From the IMG/VR virus record IMGVR_UViG_3300030376_002050, positions 1 to 33,328 of that record: a stretch of DNA of 33,328 nt; one strand, given 5' to 3'. This document shows positions 15,501 to 25,434 of this stretch, one piece after another. Numbering within the stretch: position 1 is the stretch's first letter; every line of letters starts with the position of its first letter. The translations under genes were made by a program, and so were the position numbers. This DNA comes from a virus. Lineage: Duplodnaviria > Caudoviricetes. Below the pieces are notes generated by a model. That model was not told the origin of the DNA, did not search any database, and was given only the letters and a program-made list of their open reading frames with translations.

Positions 15501-18500
15501 TTCCACCAGCTCTTTCAGCACCCGAAACAGTATCAACACGGAAAGGCACGTCCTTGTAAACACCTGAAGATTCATCCCAAATCCCCTTTAAGTGATTGAC
15601 AAAAACCTTTCCTTCTTCAGCATCAGGAGAAACACCTGTTAATGGAACAGAAAGTTCAATATTTTCAGATAAACCTGTGCGATACGGATTCACGAGAAGC
15701 ATGTCTATGGCAGCTACCTGTTTTCTGGTCAAAGCATCCTTGCCAACAATTCTTAAAATCTCGTCTAAAGTTATCCCATCTACACGAGACATGACATCTA
15801 TAAGGCGTTCACCCACAGAAATCATGTCTGAAGGCATTTGCCTAGTAGGACCATTCCAAGCTACTAGCCTCAACACTTCATCTGTGAATTTTGCTAGCTC
15901 TGTCTGCGATGTTTTTCTACCTGCAGGATTAATTGTGCTTAATTCAGTGAAAAAATCAACAAGCGTCATCTGGAACTCGTTGAAATCAACAAACGAGTTC
16001 ATGTCCAAACCATTCCAATTGATTTCACTCAACCCCAAAAGCCCTTCAAGCACAGGCTGAACTTCTCCTTGTAAGTCTGGGTCAAGTCCGTAAAAACGAA
16101 TATCCCCACGGCTTAAGTCAATACCTAAACCTCTGTAACTTACCCCATCTCTATAAGCAAAAGGCGCTAACGTTCTACGTGGTCCAGAATCCAGAAACTG
16201 GGGAACTCCGTCAATAACTCCCGATTCAATAACTCCTTCATCGTAACCACCAGCAGGCACATTGTCTAAAAGTTTTAGCACGCCCTCTTTGCCTGAAGTG
16301 TTGTAAGCTTCTAAGACGGCTTCTTGGGGAAGCATGTCGGCAGCAAAAGCTTTAAGCATTTCATCTTCATCAACTAAATATGGTTTTTGTAAATACTCAG
16401 CTAAATACATTGTGCGCATTTCTAGAAACTCAGCTAGCTCTTCTCTTGTAGCTTCGTCTGCGTAAGGAATAACGTTTTCAACAAAGTTTCTCCAACCTCC
16501 TACCGATAAACGAGCATTTAAAAGCTCGTCTACTTGAGAAGAAAGAAAATCTGCGCTTCCAGCACCTACTAAAAACTCTTCACCAGTTGCGCTTGCTAAA
16601 CCATATATTTCTGTGCCTAAACCCAACTCCATTACTTGAGTCAAATCGTAACCAATTGCTTGAACCCTTGGAGTACCATCCGCCTTTAAAGGCGTTCTAG
16701 CTGCAACAGAAGTTCTTTTAGATATGTCATCAACAGATCTAAACAAATCATCTAATTCATCATTCAAATCGCCAACAACTCTAGCAATTAGCTCTTCAGG
16801 ATCGTCAGTAGTTTCTTGTATTTTTCTAATCTTCTTAGCAGCTCTACGTTCAGCAGCTTGCGCTTGCCTCCACTGCGTATAGCGAGTTCCGTAAATCCTG
16901 TCTTTCTTACCAATCCCCTTAGCCTCAAGCCAAGAAGAAACATATTCACCCCTACGAGCTTCAGTTTCAACTTTGCTAGGTTTCCTAGCTGCCCTTGTCC
17001 TTACAGTCCCATCCGCTTCTTTGTAAGTAACTGTCCCTCGTTTAGCTGGCTCAGAAACACCTTTAGGTTTTTCAGGAGCCTTAGGAGGTTTTTTAGCAGG
17101 GCGAGGACGAGGGGGAGGAGTCGGTGCAGGAGTTTCAACATTAACAACCGTAAGATCCTGTAATAGTTTTTCTTCAATCTCGTTTATCTTATTATCCAAT
17201 TCAATTGGGTAATCAATAGGAACATCATTGGAAAAAATGACAAGACCCTCTTCAGCAGTTTTTTGTTTCGCTATCGCATTTTTTGCAGTTTCATAAATTT
17301 GTTCTTCTGACATGTCATTTGAAAGAACAGCTTGAGTTCCATTTTTTCTTTCCCACCTGCGCAAAGCAACATCATAACTGCGCCACTCAGCGCTATCTTG
17401 TTCCCAAATTTTTAAATCTTTTTCATAACTGATTGCTTCAGCATCATATTTTTGCTTAGCAAGAACATCTTCTTCAGCGAAACCTTCAGGAACATATTTA
17501 GTTATCTGCTGAGTTTCTGGGTCAACAGAAACAAACTCAGGACGCCTAGGTACTAATTCTAATTTCCCATCAACGTAATCTAAAACAAGGTATTCTCTAC
17601 TAGGATCTAACCCTTTTTCAAAGCCACCAGAAGTAAAGAACGTATCATCCAGTCCGTATCTAACAACTTCGCCACCGTCCAAAAGACCAGAAGTTACGCC
17701 AACATTGGTCTTAGCGCCACGCCCCATTACTCCCCAATTGCCCAAAAGAACGTCAGCCATAAAACCTAACGAAACTTTATTAACCAAGTCGTTACCAACC
17801 TCATCTAAAGGCAAAAGAGCAGCATCAGGATTTAACCGAGTAATTGTGTAGCTAATCCCATGATGAGTTCGTGCTTCAACTCTTGGCGCTTTAATGCCCA
17901 AAAGTTGATACACCTTAGAAGCAAGCACAGCTTGATCACGTTGTGCCCTATCTAAACGTCTTCCGTTGTCGTCAGCGCCACTAACCGTATAGCTTTTAAC
18001 CAAATAATATTCTTTGTCACCTAATTGGTAAATCCCATCTAGGGCATCAGGGTCCATAGGGCCAGTGCTTCGCATAGCTTCTGAACCTTCAAACCCCAAA
18101 ACAGCAGGATCTACACGCATTTCTGGAGAGATCGTATCTAGTTCCAATGGGAAGGATTCATCATAACTGGGAACGTCTATACCATCGTCAATGGCTTTAG
18201 AAGTTTTAGAGAACGCACTATCAAGGTTCGTTATTTGCTCACGAGTAACACGTATGTTTTCGTAGACCATTTCCAATTGGTGAAACGGATTAACTGCAAG
18301 TTCAGCTTGAATAACCTCTTTAGAATTTTCTAATTTGGCTTTATAGCTTTGAACAATGTCCATAAGGTCTTGAGAATTTTCTATTTTTGCTAATCTGGTT
18401 TTACCCATTAACAAATAGTAACGGCGAGTAGCGTTAGTTAATTCTTGTGAAGCCACAGGATGAACAAGTGTATTAGTTTGTTCTTCTAAACCAGCATTCA

Positions 18501-21500
18501 TATAGCCAGCAATTATCCTTCTCCAGCTTTCAACATTTTCTACAGTTGGTATCCCATAAAAATCTATTGGGCCATCTAAAGCTTCATCATATTCAGAAAC
18601 GCCAAAATGTTTAGCTATCTTGTCAAGCTCGGTCATTTGCCTGTTTATTTGAGCATCCATGACTTCTAAAGCTCTAAAGAAAGTTAAAGGCGTGTTATAT
18701 GGTGCATCTTCAATCATTTCATCCCAATACGTTGCCTTGAACCATTCGCCCAAACTGTTCTGATCAAAATCAAAAAACATTTCATCAAAAAATTCGCTAA
18801 CTTCCCTATAGCTCATTTGCCTATTGCCAACTTTAAGAATCCTTGCAGGAGTGTTTAAATACCCATTGTTTAATATGTTTCGTATTTGATCAGGAGTGTA
18901 TCTGTGGTATTCAATTGTGTTTAAAAAATGCAACTCATCTTGATTTGGTCTTGGAAAATTGCGAAGCTCTTCTTCTTGCAATTGACTAATGCCAGCATCT
19001 GCAAAATCTTCAGGAACTTGATCACCCAATTGTTCTTTAGCAGCTTGAGACTCATCTAAAGTTTGTCCTACTTGCTCATCAAGAGATTGAGAACCCGAAA
19101 CATATTCTTTCCTGTACCTATCTATCTCAGCGTTATATTCATCTATTAACTCTTCACGCAAAGTTCCTTCAATAGCATCAGGCGTTGCTTCATCTGGTAA
19201 AGCACCTTCGCCCTCCCTAATTCGTTGCCCCCTTAAACGAGCAGTAGCTTCAGGATTATTATCAAATGCTTGATTCATAATAATCTGTTGCAATTCTTGA
19301 TCCGTAAGATCATCGATACTAGTAACAGTTGCAAGTTCAGGCAAAGCACCAACCGCTTCAGGATTCGTGTACCTATCGTTAAACAAGCCCCTCAACCTGT
19401 TTGCTTCATCTGCGATATCTCGTGTGTCTTGCATTATTTGGTTAGCAAGCTGCAATTTCGCAGGATCTGGAGCTATTTCCCCATTAACCACATTTTCAAG
19501 AACAGCAGCAAGCTGTTCAAGAGTAAATTGTTCTCTTATGTCTTCAGGCATAATGCCTTTAGCCAACGCATAAATTCTTTGCTCTAAAGCATTAAACGCA
19601 TTTCCATCAACATAGTTTCGCATTGGTTGATTCGTCAGAACCCATAAAGCTGTTTGCGCAAATCCATCCACTTCCTCAGGAATGTTCTCAATAATTTCAA
19701 GTATTTCTTCATGCCCCAACCCAAGATCTACAGGATTTTGACCTGTGAACTGTTGAGCCACTAAATCCTTATTAAGTTGAGACGCTTGCCCTGTAGCTTC
19801 GGTATACGCCTGAACCCATCGCATTGCTTCATCAACGCTTCCAAATTTATTTTCCAAACGAGAAATCAACAAAGCTCTTGCTTGGACGCCAGAGCGAAGA
19901 CTGTCATAAATGAAATAATAAACAGTGTCTGTCCCCAATTCATTTTCGCCACCTAAAAACAATGCGTTTATTTCTTGGTTTATTTCACGCAAACGTTGGT
20001 TTTTGTTTAACATGTCTTGGAACTCAGGGAATTGCTCAATTCCTATTTCACCATTAACAAATTTTCTAGTACGTAAAAAGATTTCTTCTTCTTGACTAAC
20101 AATGGTTTGTATTTCTTCTTGAAGTTCAACCATGCGCCCTTTAGCTTCAATGTAATTTCTTTCAGCGCCAATTGTGTAATTGCGATGTTCTCTAGCTTTA
20201 TTAAGCATTTCTTCGTACTCTTGCTCTAAAGCAAGTTTGCGTTCATACAAGCCAGCTAAACGTTCATCAGTGCTTTTAAGTATTTGAGCATCAGCTTGCG
20301 CTAACAACACAATGAGTTCATCTATTTCGTCTTGGTTTTTTACCATTTTGCGTGTTTGCAAATTAAGGCTTATAGTGTTTTTTACCGAAGTCATGTCGGG
20401 CATAACTACGCTAGAGATCCAATCGCTAGCGTTAGGTGCCCATCCACCCTTAACGAATTGTTGCTCTGTCCAATGCCCACCAGTAAGTTGCGATATGCCT
20501 TTAACGTAGTTGTTCATTACAGAAGCAATATCGTGACTAAAGAACTTATCATCCATACCGTAATCTCTTAAAATTTTAGAGATTTGCTCAGGGATAGAAC
20601 CGCCTTCAGCTACTTCAGTTAAATCAACCCCCATAAACTTTTGTTTAACACCTGTTTCTTTTTCAAATTTTGCAAACTTGGCTTCCTCTGTCATGTCTTT
20701 AGAAAGTTTTGCGGTCTTTTCCCATTTTTTGAATTCTGCAACATATTGATCGGGGGGCAAATACCCACGCTTTAAAGAAGCGTTGGTGGCCCCACCATCA
20801 ACTGTTTGCCCTTTTCTAGCTGATTTAGCAGTCCTTCTCATAGCTGCTAAAGACTCAGGATCTAATTGGTGTGGAAAATAGAACTCACGATTATTTAAAA
20901 AATCTACACCAGCGGTCTTGTTAGCGTATTGCCTCATTAAAGCAAAAGCATTACGCCCTTGATCCACAAGGTCATTTCCTGTTATTGTAGCTATTTCGTC
21001 AAAAATTTTAATAGCTTTAACATCGCCTTCTAAGGCAGACATCAAAGCCCTATCAAAAGCCTCGTCAATGGTTCTTCCATAAGAATTTGAACCATCACCA
21101 ATAATTCTTTCACCGTCAAGATTTTTAACGTATCTTTTAATTAGTTGTTGTGCAGCACTTTCTTTTTTGGTTTGCCCAACAGATTCCAAATACCTAGCAG
21201 CTTGTTTATTAAGTTGGACAAAAGCCCTACGAGAAACGTTTCTACCCATTCCTGCAGTGTTGATAAATTCCTTAGCTGCCATCACAGCCCAAGGATTGTC
21301 AGACGTTTTAATAGTAGCTTTAGCATTCGCCATGCCACCATTAAGATTTCTTCCAACGATACCTACGGTTTTATCAGGTCGCATTTTCCTTGCTTTGCCC
21401 CACGTTCCACGAAACGCCCTTGGAAGCGATCTAAATAGTTTGTCAGCATATTGGTTAGTGAAACGAGCAACAGTTATTCCATACTGCCTATCAGCAAGCC

Positions 21501-23049
21501 TTAAATTAGGAGGAAGAACACGAGAATTTAATAGTTGATTTAAAGTTGCACCATTTTCACCAAAACTTTTTTTGGTAAAAGGCAATCTTGTAAATCTGGC
21601 AATATCCCCAGTAAACGGAGCTTTAATACCGTACTCTGCTTTCACAACATCCCCAAGTGAATATTGTTTGCTTAGATCTCTAAAGTCCTTTTCGTTTCGT
21701 TGCCAAAGCCCATCAATTGCTTTTCCTGTGTCATCAACTTGTGCGCCTCCAGCAGCCAACCAATCTGCTTTACTCATCAGATCTTGGTTGTAGCCATGCT
21801 TTACACCCCAGTTTTTTAATTTGTTTATATCGCCAACAGACAAACTAGATCTACCCATTTGTTGAGCACGTAAAAGAATTTCCGCAAATTCAACTAGCTC
21901 ATCAACAATTTCTTCTTGCCCATCAAAAGCGTATTTCGCATTTCCCCAAAATTCTCTTCGTATGGGATCAATAACTTCGTCACCGATAGCAATACCAAGA
22001 GCAGATCCTCCAGCAAGTTCCCTAGCTCCACTTATGTTAATGCGCTGAACATCTTCAACTTTAAATTCTTTAAACACGCTTGTAATAGCTTCAGTAACAC
22101 TAACACCTTCATCCAAAGCATTAGCAGCAGAAACTTGAACTTGACTTACAAGGTCATCTATTACTCTATCGCTAATCCTACTTGCAAGGTCTGCCTCGTC
22201 AATAGCGCCAAGTGGAATGCCATTGGCTTTTTTGAAGTTGTTTCTTAAAGCACTTGAAACAGCATCACGAGTAGCAGTTTTAAGAACTTTAGTTCCGTTT
22301 CTAGCAGCAGCAGTACCTAGGTGCCTATAAACGCCCAAACCACCAAACCAGTTCAAAGGATCAAGAATCAAATCTGGACCCATAGCAGCTAAACCAGACG
22401 CAGAGACAGTCATCTTCCAATCAGGACCAACACCTACAAGGCGAAGAGGATTGATAGGAACTTGCGTAGACCAACTATCTTGCAACCAATTTTCATCCTG
22501 TAACCATTCACCAAATGAATAATATTTCTGACCAGAATAAATTTTTAAAGTTTGTTTAGTTCTTTCCCACGTAAAAGGATTATTGTTTTTCCAAGGATCT
22601 TCTTTACCCATAATCATCCCTGAAAGACCTTGATCTATATCGTTAATAGACCTCCAAGCATCAGCAACTATTCCCAAAGGAATACCCAAAGGACGAAACG
22701 CCACCCCAACAACGTTTAAGCCTTTAGCCCACCAAGGAGCGTCAGGTTCTTTAAACAAATCAGCAGTTCTATAGTCGTTGTTTGCGCCTATTTTAAGAAC
22801 TTCATTTAACGCAAAAGAAGGAGTCCAATTAGCAGTACCTATTGGAGCATTTAAATCAGCATTGAATTTAATATGCTCATTTGCGTAAGCTTGAAAAGGA
22901 GTAACAGTTGGTTCGTAATTTTTTTTGTATTGTTCAAAAAGACTATCTACTTTTTCACGAGCGCCAGTTTCTAAACCTGCACCGCTTTTAACTTTTAAAG
23001 CAGCGTTTTGTACTGCATGCCAAGCCATTTCCGTATTGGACAATGCCAT
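12523..23049 (-). CDS. giant (3508 aa) internal virion/ejection-type polyvalent protein
   Basis: last of three large genes after the fibres; coiled coils; kinase-like segment; C-terminal HFDYSDLSPAE...IPFYTFTRHNVP region resembling large polyvalent proteins. Confidence 0.75.
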   Translation of the reverse strand: MALSNTEMAWHAVQNAALKVKSGAGLETGAREKVDSLFEQYKKNYEPTVTPFQAYANEHIKFNADLNAPIGTANWTPSFALNEVLKIGANNDYRTADLFKEPDAPWWAKGLNVVGVAFRPLGIPLGIVADAWRSINDIDQGLSGMIMGKEDPWKNNNPFTWERTKQTLKIYSGQKYYSFGEWLQDENWLQDSWSTQVPINPLRLVGVGPDWKMTVSASGLAAMGPDLILDPLNWFGGLGVYRHLGTAAARNGTKVLKTATRDAVSSALRNNFKKANGIPLGAIDEADLASRISDRVIDDLVSQVQVSAANALDEGVSVTEAITSVFKEFKVEDVQRINISGARELAGGSALGIAIGDEVIDPIRREFWGNAKYAFDGQEEIVDELVEFAEILLRAQQMGRSSLSVGDINKLKNWGVKHGYNQDLMSKADWLAAGGAQVDDTGKAIDGLWQRNEKDFRDLSKQYSLGDVVKAEYGIKAPFTGDIARFTRLPFTKKSFGENGATLNQLLNSRVLPPNLRLADRQYGITVARFTNQYADKLFRSLPRAFRGTWGKARKMRPDKTVGIVGRNLNGGMANAKATIKTSDNPWAVMAAKEFINTAGMGRNVSRRAFVQLNKQAARYLESVGQTKKESAAQQLIKRYVKNLDGERIIGDGSNSYGRTIDEAFDRALMSALEGDVKAIKIFDEIATITGNDLVDQGRNAFALMRQYANKTAGVDFLNNREFYFPHQLDPESLAAMRRTAKSARKGQTVDGGATNASLKRGYLPPDQYVAEFKKWEKTAKLSKDMTEEAKFAKFEKETGVKQKFMGVDLTEVAEGGSIPEQISKILRDYGMDDKFFSHDIASVMNNYVKGISQLTGGHWTEQQFVKGGWAPNASDWISSVVMPDMTSVKNTISLNLQTRKMVKNQDEIDELIVLLAQADAQILKSTDERLAGLYERKLALEQEYEEMLNKAREHRNYTIGAERNYIEAKGRMVELQEEIQTIVSQEEEIFLRTRKFVNGEIGIEQFPEFQDMLNKNQRLREINQEINALFLGGENELGTDTVYYFIYDSLRSGVQARALLISRLENKFGSVDEAMRWVQAYTEATGQASQLNKDLVAQQFTGQNPVDLGLGHEEILEIIENIPEEVDGFAQTALWVLTNQPMRNYVDGNAFNALEQRIYALAKGIMPEDIREQFTLEQLAAVLENVVNGEIAPDPAKLQLANQIMQDTRDIADEANRLRGLFNDRYTNPEAVGALPELATVTSIDDLTDQELQQIIMNQAFDNNPEATARLRGQRIREGEGALPDEATPDAIEGTLREELIDEYNAEIDRYRKEYVSGSQSLDEQVGQTLDESQAAKEQLGDQVPEDFADAGISQLQEEELRNFPRPNQDELHFLNTIEYHRYTPDQIRNILNNGYLNTPARILKVGNRQMSYREVSEFFDEMFFDFDQNSLGEWFKATYWDEMIEDAPYNTPLTFFRALEVMDAQINRQMTELDKIAKHFGVSEYDEALDGPIDFYGIPTVENVESWRRIIAGYMNAGLEEQTNTLVHPVASQELTNATRRYYLLMGKTRLAKIENSQDLMDIVQSYKAKLENSKEVIQAELAVNPFHQLEMVYENIRVTREQITNLDSAFSKTSKAIDDGIDVPSYDESFPLELDTISPEMRVDPAVLGFEGSEAMRSTGPMDPDALDGIYQLGDKEYYLVKSYTVSGADDNGRRLDRAQRDQAVLASKVYQLLGIKAPRVEARTHHGISYTITRLNPDAALLPLDEVGNDLVNKVSLGFMADVLLGNWGVMGRGAKTNVGVTSGLLDGGEVVRYGLDDTFFTSGGFEKGLDPSREYLVLDYVDGKLELVPRRPEFVSVDPETQQITKYVPEGFAEEDVLAKQKYDAEAISYEKDLKIWEQDSAEWRSYDVALRRWERKNGTQAVLSNDMSEEQIYETAKNAIAKQKTAEEGLVIFSNDVPIDYPIELDNKINEIEEKLLQDLTVVNVETPAPTPPPRPRPAKKPPKAPEKPKGVSEPAKRGTVTYKEADGTVRTRAARKPSKVETEARRGEYVSSWLEAKGIGKKDRIYGTRYTQWRQAQAAERRAAKKIRKIQETTDDPEELIARVVGDLNDELDDLFRSVDDISKRTSVAARTPLKADGTPRVQAIGYDLTQVMELGLGTEIYGLASATGEEFLVGAGSADFLSSQVDELLNARLSVGGWRNFVENVIPYADEATREELAEFLEMRTMYLAEYLQKPYLVDEDEMLKAFAADMLPQEAVLEAYNTSGKEGVLKLLDNVPAGGYDEGVIESGVIDGVPQFLDSGPRRTLAPFAYRDGVSYRGLGIDLSRGDIRFYGLDPDLQGEVQPVLEGLLGLSEINWNGLDMNSFVDFNEFQMTLVDFFTELSTINPAGRKTSQTELAKFTDEVLRLVAWNGPTRQMPSDMISVGERLIDVMSRVDGITLDEILRIVGKDALTRKQVAAIDMLLVNPYRTGLSENIELSVPLTGVSPDAEEGKVFVNHLKGIWDESSGVYKDVPFRVDTVSGAERAGGIKAISAVAKTQAIIGSPVGNNILPLMPEGGTFQEVFEFVSWRDNKYRQIDMAMDGLTESQGLRLFMDDLAEYIRVTDPSNPSYRQEVLKAKMQSYVYANRLFSYLSQSINKTGKNKELLDLVVKQYKNSLVSDGYIATSQPRTIAGGRRAYSKQAQMGLIDLSEVADGEMTEVASRNLTREQIIQGRQAGNHDEMSIKMPFVMDVNVVDDAAVTIDRELIERTVDQRIRANALKAEPEKLPSREKMIDDAILEVAPNREALIRRYEEQVRTAWADPFTNGEDVALRNFKAKALGYKNFDTLLRDLIQRKNEVRQLKYNHNNLKAAYLDRLKTLSEKHRIGYLSLDKAEISDDLRKLRQWLPDDQLEESGIIKQLGDVEKQILAEHQIMENIQSRLLQYEDARNNLQALINGLDPDQAQTLESYDAIIDLASSLKQIGIADMEQADELLGDLNNVKYLVDEIEVPAPDQMGNKTKLRLEETLRYQNNASRRPIGLNAQSSESLRTTMMGNTKMGLEQGKPSGAFGKYYDNVHNITKGYMILKSGFLARNFYGAVWMNYLANVSPSAYKSFSTAYKYLRLSEQHADLIMFDPTNTKKLRKAEKAVAEARKATSAKDINIVKQMYDTGVIGKEGSGFYAQEFIPSEKRTIKIGKKKFRTSVRVGKHDIDVRSLIPISSQFAPLKGFRRVNSRVEDYVRGALGYDTINKGGTLGDAWDQITKYHFDYSDLSPAERNVKRVIPFYTFTRHNVPLQIGQYFKQPQKFHRYSQVMQALHDKEQPEYGPVPDWMVRQGGIRLPKGMNYNDRPVYFIPDLPMRSVFDLLGEPLGKATKGDVVGGFESAFSGMGGMVTPLVKGPAEIWLNRNIWKGYSFQNKWEEVPFWAKPLFEIIHTSGMTDSVQKTPDGNLVARSNWLHGITQMFPLINDLRRVAPTEEKYSERHFSNIMSYFAGIGTRVLTKYEVQQEITSEYYDDRQEKYDLNTQSRIDEAIRSLNE

Positions 23050-23064
23050 TATTGCTCCAATCCG

Positions 23065-25014
23065 TTACTTAAGAAAACTTTGCCAGTTCAACTGAGGTAC
23101 TGTCTCATTTATTTGTTGTTGCGATTGGCTAGCGATTAAAGCTCGAAGATAATCTATTGCCGTTTGTGATCCGCTTGGGGCAGCTACAGGAGGTAAAGCA
23201 AAAGAAGGTGTCACCGTATAACCTGCTTGAGCTTGAGTAGTAGCAAAAGGATTTAACGTACTATTAGGGTCATTAAATGTCGTAGTTGTAGGACTAAATT
23301 CGCCATCTACGCTTGCCCCCTGTATAGGCGCTGTATAAGTTCCTTGCTGAGCAGGCACATAAGGCTGATAAGCATCTAACCATTTAAGCGCAGCATCAAC
23401 TTTAATTCCCATACCCGAAGTCGAACCACCTAATGCAGTATAAGAATTTGCGATTTCGTTGTCAATATCGGCTACCTTATCAGAGTCGCCACCATACAAA
23501 TTAATAGCGTCAGCTTTTTGTTTCTGTAATTCGTTTAATCCCATAGCGTGACTAGCAACAGTGTTATCCCACATTTCTGCAATTTGTGCATGACTATCAA
23601 GAGCTGGACCCTGAGCTTCAGGAGTCTCAGTCAATTCCGCTATTCGTTGGCCTGTAATTGTAGGATCTATCATGAGGTAAGTTTCTACGTCCATACCCAA
23701 AAGAGCTGCATTGGTCATTGCTACATAATCCGTTTCAGGCACTTCTACTTCTTCAGGGTTTAATTGCTGATCCCACAAAGTATTACGAGCAGAAGCAGGC
23801 ATAGCAGCATATACCTGTGGATCTATCCCCAGTATTGCTGCAGCATTTGCAAGTTGCTGAGCTTCAGCAGCAGCTTTATTCTGTGCAGCAGCAGCAGCAG
23901 CAGCACGAGCACGTCTTTGTTCCTCTTCCCTAATGTACGTATTGGCTCTTTGAGCTTCAATCTGTTGAAGCGATTGAGCCAAAGCCATATCTTGAGCATA
24001 TCCCTGTTGTGCCAAACGTTTAGCTTCATCAAGAACCTGTTGGCGTTCATTAGCATTTAATTGACGCAAAGCGTCAGAAGTAGCCTGTTTAATTTGATTC
24101 TGCAACCTAAACTTTTCATCGCCTACAGCCAATTGAGCTTGAGCAACTAACTTAGCTGGCTGAGCAAGACGCTCTTGCGAAGCCATCCTAGAAACAGTAC
24201 GCAACCTGTCCATAGCAGCAGCATTGGATTCATCAGTATTTGCACGCAAACCTGCAGTTAAGGCAGCAACTTCTTCAAACTCTGAAGAAACCTGTTCTCC
24301 AAGTTCTCCACGAGCTGCCGACAAGCGGTCACCTTCAGCGCCAGCAGCTTCCCTTTGCCTGTTTAAAGCTGATTCAGAAATAGCGTCCAATTCAGCACGA
24401 CCTGCAGAATCCAAAATACGAAGCTCGCTAGTAAGGTCAGAACCTATTTGAGTTATTTGCGAAATCCTCCTGTCGTAAGAATCTTGCAAAAAATTCAATT
24501 GTTCTTGAGACATGTCTTCAATATCTATCCGACCTTGCTCTGCCAATTCCTTAATTTGAGAAGTGAAATCTTTACTAGTTACATTTTCAAAAAGTTCTTT
24601 AGTGGATTGAGCCAACTGGTCGTAAATGTCGTCATACGAATTAGTACCGTAGCCACCACCACCGCCACTACCACCACTACCACCACCAAAATTAAAATTT
24701 ACAGGTTTAGGCATGGGATACTTTTCTTGAGCAGCAGCTATGTCTTCTGGAGAATATGTGCCAGTATCCGTAAGGTATGAATCTCCTAGACCTGCACCTA
24801 CATTGCTAAAAGTAGGCTGAGACACACTAGGCGTAAAAAAATCACCTATTCCGTGAGGCACAGCAGAAGCTTGACTAGTGTTTGGCGTAAAAAAATTACC
24901 TACATTAGCGTCATGTATGGGTTGCGAAGCATTAGGTGATACAAAAAAATTGCTGTAATCTTGCTCCATAAGAGCTTGATCAATATTAGTATTGCGACCA
25001 TTACCATTAGGCAT
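23065..25014 (-). CDS. putative internal virion/ejection protein, Ala/Gln-rich coiled coil, 649 aa
   Basis: position, composition, Gly-rich linker; GGAG RBS follows for the next gene. Confidence 0.65.
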   Translation of the reverse strand: MPNGNGRNTNIDQALMEQDYSNFFVSPNASQPIHDANVGNFFTPNTSQASAVPHGIGDFFTPSVSQPTFSNVGAGLGDSYLTDTGTYSPEDIAAAQEKYPMPKPVNFNFGGGSGGSGGGGGYGTNSYDDIYDQLAQSTKELFENVTSKDFTSQIKELAEQGRIDIEDMSQEQLNFLQDSYDRRISQITQIGSDLTSELRILDSAGRAELDAISESALNRQREAAGAEGDRLSAARGELGEQVSSEFEEVAALTAGLRANTDESNAAAMDRLRTVSRMASQERLAQPAKLVAQAQLAVGDEKFRLQNQIKQATSDALRQLNANERQQVLDEAKRLAQQGYAQDMALAQSLQQIEAQRANTYIREEEQRRARAAAAAAAQNKAAAEAQQLANAAAILGIDPQVYAAMPASARNTLWDQQLNPEEVEVPETDYVAMTNAALLGMDVETYLMIDPTITGQRIAELTETPEAQGPALDSHAQIAEMWDNTVASHAMGLNELQKQKADAINLYGGDSDKVADIDNEIANSYTALGGSTSGMGIKVDAALKWLDAYQPYVPAQQGTYTAPIQGASVDGEFSPTTTTFNDPNSTLNPFATTQAQAGYTVTPSFALPPVAAPSGSQTAIDYLRALIASQSQQQINETVPQLNWQSFLK

Positions 25015-25427
25015 TACGACACCAAACCTTGCATAGTTTGCGCAATTCCGAATCTTCTCATTGCATCTGTAATAGCTTCATTCATTCCACCAGCGGAAAA
25101 TTGATCTTCCAGCATTGACTGCTGGCGATCTAACTGCGCTTGAGCTTCCATAATATTAGATTCTAAATTCCAAGAACTTAACTGTTTGTCTCCAGCAAGT
25201 CTTTCAGAAGCCTTGCGTTCTACACCTGAATCTATCATTCCACGTTGATTCATTTGACCACGTTGTTGTTTGCTCAGGTCTTTAAATTGCCTGTCTAGAT
25301 TAAATCTTTGTAAAGCGCTTTGTCTTTCTAGACCTTGCCTTGCTAAAGTTATATCACTTAAACCGTAGCCCAAGGTGGTATATCTTGACGCAGATCCAGA
25401 TCCAGATCCAGTATATGTAGAACTCAT
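25014..25427 (-). CDS. putative small internal virion/ejection protein, 137 aa
   Basis: Gln-rich helical; NQRGMIDSG; TAATG coupling to the next gene. Confidence 0.6.
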   Translation of the reverse strand: MSSTYTGSGSGSASRYTTLGYGLSDITLARQGLERQSALQRFNLDRQFKDLSKQQRGQMNQRGMIDSGVERKASERLAGDKQLSSWNLESNIMEAQAQLDRQQSMLEDQFSAGGMNEAITDAMRRFGIAQTMQGLVS

Positions 25428-25434
25428 CTCATAT

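Noticed and set aside
12523-23049. N4-like or crAss-like virion RNA polymerase (length is close to the ~3500-aa N4 vRNAP, and hairpins precede early genes)
   Set aside because: I found no T7/N4 motif B (R-x3-K-x7-YG) and no DxDxD catalytic motif; the closest is FDFDQN. Not supported by eye, though a structure search would be needed to exclude it.
25393-25410. GATCCA tandem repeat (three copies)
   Set aside because: It simply encodes a Gly-Ser linker in the 137-aa protein.
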